Assembly: GCA_024704765.1 (NCBI GenBank)
Contig: JAKMXF010000174.1
Coordinates: 1 to 8,663, forward strand
Length of the DNA: 8,663 nucleotides
Reading direction: 5' to 3'
From: Oopsacas minuta
Taxonomy: Eukaryota > Animalia > Porifera
Part shown: positions 7,573 through 8,663 of the stretch, piece after piece
Position numbering within the stretch: position 1 is the first letter of the stretch
Layout: every line of letters starts with the position of its first letter
Translations under genes and position numbers: made by a program
Notes under the pieces: generated by a model
The model's input: only the letters and a program-made list of their open reading frames with translations
What the model was told of the DNA's origin: nothing
Database searches by the model: none

Positions 7573-7708
7573 GTACTTCTTCCTTAATTTCTCATGACTT
7601 TATAGCCGCCATTTTTCCACAGTCAGTATATGTGTAACTCGGCATGTATGCAAGCTAGATACAAAAACTCAATGGTTTTAAATAGATCTAGGAATCTATA
7701 GGATAATA

Positions 7709-7878
7709 AGCGATCTAGTTTTTCAATTAATCAGGAATTACTTGCGGAGTACGATGCAGCAGAAAAGACTAGCGATCTCACAATTCTAGGCATAGAGAGT
7801 GGGCATGTTTGACTAGTAGATTTCACGCAAGTAATAGATTCATTCGCATCTACAAAAGCAAGAACAGGGTTTCCCTAA
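7709..7878 (+). pseudogene. hAT transposase C-terminal dimerisation domain remnant
   Basis: It reads (E)RS/FS/LIRNYLRSTMQQKRL/SDLTILGIESGHV*LVDFTQVIDSFASTKARTGFP*, with a stop at 7876-7878. This matches the hAT tail consensus ERSFS.LK.IK.YLRSTM.Q.RL..L.IL.IE......DF..VID.FA..K.R. It is too short to appear in the ORF track. Confidence 0.85.
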
Positions 7879-8561
7879 ACTCAACATATTGAGAGATTCA
7901 ATTATTTATTCTAATCTATTCAACCTATTATACTATTTCACTTGCTTATTGTTATATTACGTATGTACAAAAATTTACTCAAATTTCAGGCGAAGTTTCT
8001 ATTTGCAATATATTTTGTCTTTGGTATCCGGCATTACAAAAATTGAATTTTTGCATAGCTAGGGCTCTGTCAGAAATCTTGCTAGGAGGGCCGTAAAGTT
8101 TGTCCCCAACCATGTCCATGGTACCAGTAAAAGAAGGAGTAAACTGTCATAGTAGGATATTTGGATACAACAGCGCTTACTTATAGAGCACAGTGCCCCA
8201 AATAGTATGTTGTCGGTTAAGGGAGACTATGCCGTAAATGTAGTAATCTCCAAATATTTACGGGATAAATAAATTGACTGTAGTGAATGTAGAATAATTT
8301 AATAATTACTGTTCATAGGTAAAAAGGTTCAGGAATTGTGTGCTCCTAATAGTGGATCCAACATACACTCTAGTTCATGTACTGGTGTATTTTTGAAATC
8401 GAAAGCCATAGGTCCACCTAATAATTTATATGAATCTCTCCCCTTGCTAGGTGAATGTTCAAAGGAATATTTGCAAGGTGGCTTTTAAGTCCTGACCCCT
8501 ATATTTGCAGTTTCACAACAAGCATAACATACTTTCTTAGGTTATGCTGTTTATATATGTT

Positions 8562-8663
8562 CAAGGTGACCAGATGTCCTTCTTTTGGAAGGACAGTCCT
8601 CCTTTTTAGACTAATTGTCTTCTTTTCATTCTGTCCTTCTTTTGTCCTTCTTTTTTCCTTATT
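8562..8663 (+). mobile_element. Left end of a hAT (Tip100-like) element running off the window
   Basis: CAAGGTGACCAGATGTCCTTCTTTTGGAAGGACAGTCC resembles recalled (C/T)AGGGTGACCAGATGTCC...GGGACAGTCC hAT ends. It is followed by five copies of GTC(C)TYCTTTT (8576, 8596, 8617, 8633, 8644) and one inverted core (GAAGGAC, 8588-8594). Confidence 0.65.

Noticed and set aside
8040-8100. GC-richer GGGCTC/GGGCC segment as the 3' end of the hAT remnant
   Set aside because: Plausible position, but no clear TIR or TSD could be defined.
8100-8490. Stop-poor frames on both strands, including a 'VYVGST' peptide reminiscent of GIY-YIG
   Set aside because: The open stretches are only about 50-60 codons with no further conserved residues. 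The segment remains unassigned and needs a tBLASTx search.
8521-8548. 8-bp inverted repeat AGCATAAC/GTTATGCT
   Set aside because: Too short and AT-rich to distinguish from chance.

Overview
AT-rich eukaryotic (probably invertebrate animal) non-genic window that is almost entirely a graveyard of decayed DNA transposons. I found no intact gene, RNA gene or recognisable retroelement. Left to right: a MULE transposase pseudogene (-, runs off the left edge); a Chapaev3-type (CMC) transposase C-terminus (-); a ~175-bp tandem repeat arranged as an in-register fold-back palindrome (1788-~2885); a THAP-domain P-element-type transposase N-terminus (-); a Tc1/mariner-superfamily N-terminus (-); a pogo/Tigger C-terminus (-); a full-length DD34D mariner with both TIRs and TA ends (5373-6702, -); the C-terminus of a Kolobok/'Mutator-like' transposase that continues into a PHD finger absent from the ORF track (+); a hAT dimerisation-domain remnant (+); and a hAT-like left end at the right edge. 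Most notable are the transposase-PHD fusion, the fold-back satellite, and the polarity pattern: six transposase remnants on - and then two on +, switching exactly at the mariner end. Family calls come from manual translation across frameshifts and recalled consensus motifs, not database searches.
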